DNA of 64,000 bases from an uncultured Methanoregulaceae archaeon (GTDB lineage Archaea; Halobacteriota; Methanomicrobia; Methanomicrobiales; Methanospirillaceae). Shown one piece after another: positions 61,764-64,000 of this stretch. A program made the translations under genes and the position numbers. The notes beneath the pieces were generated by a model. That model had not been told where the DNA came from. It was given only the letters and a program-made list of their open reading frames with translations, and ran no database searches. The first letter of the stretch is position 1, and every line of letters begins with the position of its first letter. The stretch is taken from the NCBI GenBank assembly GCA_963701095.1, contig OY969564.1:960001-1024000 (forward strand), in the 5' to 3' direction.

Positions 61764-63509
61764 TTATTTTTTCCCGACACCGTAGTATTTCCGCAGGAAT
61801 TCACGGATCTTTTCAGATTCAAGGTATCCCTGATCGAGTTTATGAACGAGTTCATTTATCATAGTCGCCAGCCGGATGAGTTTTTCTTTATACTCATTAT
61901 CCATCAGATCGGCGATCCCGATGATACCCTGGAGAGGATTTCGTATCTGGTCATTAAGGATCGCAAACTGCTGCATATTCTTTTCAATCTGCTGGAATGC
62001 TGCTATCTTCAATCGCTCAATATCTTTGCGCACAGTGATGTCGTGTGCGATAGTGAGAACTGCTTTTTCACCAAACTCGTCAAAGATATGAGCAATGACC
62101 TCGACAGGGATCACCTTTCCCCCTTTTGTTCGATAACTTCCTTCAAATTGAACCTTTCCCTGTGAGATGAGCTGCTTTGTAACAAAATCCTGATCCGTTT
62201 CATTTCCCACGGTAAGGAAATCAAACAGCCTCATCGTAGCTAGTTCAGTGCGGGAGTACCCCAGTATGTCAACTGATGCATTATTCACCTCAATCAACTC
62301 ACCATATCCTTCCTGATCACTGAACTTCCAGACAAGAACGGGCTCAGTGATGCTGTTAAAAAAGAGATGATAACTTTTTTCTCTCTGATCAAGGCGGGTT
62401 TTGAGATATTGCTGGGACGTTTCGAGTTCCCCTAGCATGGCGTTGACATCGGTGGCCAGTTGTGCCACTTCATCCGTTCCCGTCAACGATATGCGGGCCG
62501 AGAAGTTCCGATCCGTACCGATTGAGTTCACCCGGTTACTCACATACAACAGCCGGGAAAGGACGGTTTCGTCGAGTACCAGCAGGATTATGACTACAAG
62601 GGAGATCCCTAAAAGGACCAGAAATGCAAAGAAGTAGACAATCGTTGATTTTCCTTCAGCGTAGATGTCCCGCGGTATGGTAAGTCGCAGCACAAGCAAA
62701 GGTGAGCCGTTTATGTCCCTAATGAGTGCATAGGTCCCTATATTTTCGTTATCGAGGACTGCGATATAAACAGGGGCGTTGACGATGATGGCATCATTCT
62801 CCTGGAGCTGGACAAAAGGTGCCGTTCCGTTTTGAAATGATGCTATTGCCACCTTATAGTCCCCCGTAATGTCAGGGTCGTCATAGCGACGTATCTCAAG
62901 TGGCAGCTGGACCAGGTTTTCCAGCCGCAGTATTTCAGCGGCGTCCAGATATCTTGCCATGAGTATATAGCCAATGGGCGTGGTTGATGCGTCAGGACCA
63001 TACACCGGCTGAATTGCAAGAAGGATCGGATCCTGGTGGTCACTGACAATACCGATAATGGCGTTCCCGTGCGATTGCATGGTCAAAAAATTAGCCGGGG
63101 CCAGTGGTAACGTAAACAGAGATGCAGGGACCGGTGTCTCTTGCATTTGCTTTATGTCATACCCTTTGCCAGCGATTAATTCACCGGATGCGTTATAAAA
63201 AAGGATATAGTTGAACTTGAGATTGTCAAGGGTTCGATCATCAAGTGCTGTCAGAAGGCCGGATTTGTTTGTATGCGCGATGGATTCATCAACTGAACCC
63301 CGCGTTGCCCAGTCTTCGGCAACCGCATCGAGTTGATTGATATCTGATGCCAGTATCGAGAGAGCACGGTTCGTGTCTTTTTGGGCACTCTGGACCTCAA
63401 TTGTATGGAATGCGTTCAATACGATAGTTTCCGATGCGATCAAAAAGACAAATAAAAGAGCTAAGAGCATTGCGGAGAGGATAAGGATCGTTTTTACCCG
63501 GATCTTCAC
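61764..63509 (-). CDS. CHASE4-like, HAMP and PAS sensor with a degenerate HisKA helix and no ATPase domain
   Basis: TM helix, extracellular domain with DWA, second TM helix, HAMP (G.DEVAQLA..VN.ML), PAS, LNDQIRNPLQ, then stop. Confidence 0.83.
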   Translation of the reverse strand: MKIRVKTILILSAMLLALLFVFLIASETIVLNAFHTIEVQSAQKDTNRALSILASDINQLDAVAEDWATRGSVDESIAHTNKSGLLTALDDRTLDNLKFNYILFYNASGELIAGKGYDIKQMQETPVPASLFTLPLAPANFLTMQSHGNAIIGIVSDHQDPILLAIQPVYGPDASTTPIGYILMARYLDAAEILRLENLVQLPLEIRRYDDPDITGDYKVAIASFQNGTAPFVQLQENDAIIVNAPVYIAVLDNENIGTYALIRDINGSPLLVLRLTIPRDIYAEGKSTIVYFFAFLVLLGISLVVIILLVLDETVLSRLLYVSNRVNSIGTDRNFSARISLTGTDEVAQLATDVNAMLGELETSQQYLKTRLDQREKSYHLFFNSITEPVLVWKFSDQEGYGELIEVNNASVDILGYSRTELATMRLFDFLTVGNETDQDFVTKQLISQGKVQFEGSYRTKGGKVIPVEVIAHIFDEFGEKAVLTIAHDITVRKDIERLKIAAFQQIEKNMQQFAILNDQIRNPLQGIIGIADLMDNEYKEKLIRLATMINELVHKLDQGYLESEKIREFLRKYYGVGKK

Positions 63510-63771
63510 AAAGTACCCGCCGCCGCACAGGACTGTCTTAGTTCTGGTTATTGATTCCTCGGACTTATTATATTATTGCCTGGTCACTTCCTATTATGCC
63601 CGATGATTTGAGCGGCCCATTTTCCAGCGGTTTTTTAGGGTAAGATATTCTCAAAATTTCAGGTTTGTGTGATTTCCTTAGGAATTAAAACACGAGATGC
63701 TTTCAGATGTTCATGCAAAAATACAAATTTTTATGGCTTTTACTTTGAATTTCTTTAAAAAAATGAATTTC

Positions 63772-64000
63772 TTATTCTTTCCCGGAAACCCCGGTCAGGT
63801 TCTCCGCCATCTTCCATAACCGTTCCTGCACCCCGGAATCATATGAAAGTGCAGAAGACCGGACGGCACGACGATTGTCAAAATACCGGCCTGATAACCC
63901 TGCTACCTCATGAGAACGTGCAAGATAAATTGACGTTCGTGCTCCTTCTTCCGGGGTTATTGCAGTCATCCCGGGAAACGCTGACCGGAGGATCTTGGTA
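63772..64000 (-). CDS. Short-chain dehydrogenase/reductase C-terminus (partial)
   Basis: PEEGARTSIYLA...V.G.SG.YF...Q.RLW..AE, typical of retinol-dehydrogenase-like SDRs. Confidence 0.75.
   Translation of the reverse strand, partial: TKILRSAFPGMTAITPEEGARTSIYLARSHEVAGLSGRYFDNRRAVRSSALSYDSGVQERLWKMAENLTGVSGKE

Overview
Archaeal DNA, most likely a Methanomicrobiales methanogen (Methanoregula-like). The basis is the fwdGDBAC formylmethanofuran dehydrogenase operon, archaeal ThrRS, PolB, GGGP synthase, PEF-CTERM/PGF-pre-PGF surface proteins and many PAS sensor kinases. Housekeeping genes (polB, mdh, pyrD/pyrK, mobA, panE, ogt, xpd, purB, thrS, trmJ) alternate with accessory blocks: (i) 1.6-7.4 kb, a duplicated ~140-bp non-coding/small-ORF element, a papain-IPT/TIG surface protease, a radical SAM/SPASM enzyme and a PEF-CTERM protein; (ii) 29.8-45 kb, a sulfur/redox neighbourhood around fwd with two DsrH-DsrE-DsrF-like fusion paralogues, an MBL hydrolase, a cysteine desulfurase, an insertion-bearing rubredoxin, a siroheme sulfite-reductase-like protein and an OsmC + double-cubane-cluster protein (DCCP) + ATPase reductase operon; (iii) 51-60 kb, an RND transporter with three COG1361 proteins and a tandemly duplicated TetR gene. 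About ten genes, some essential, are split by 1-nt indels. These look like sequencing errors, and six of the indels sit at CCGG. I recognised no rRNA, tRNA, CRISPR array or transposase. All family assignments come from motif recognition by eye, without database searches.
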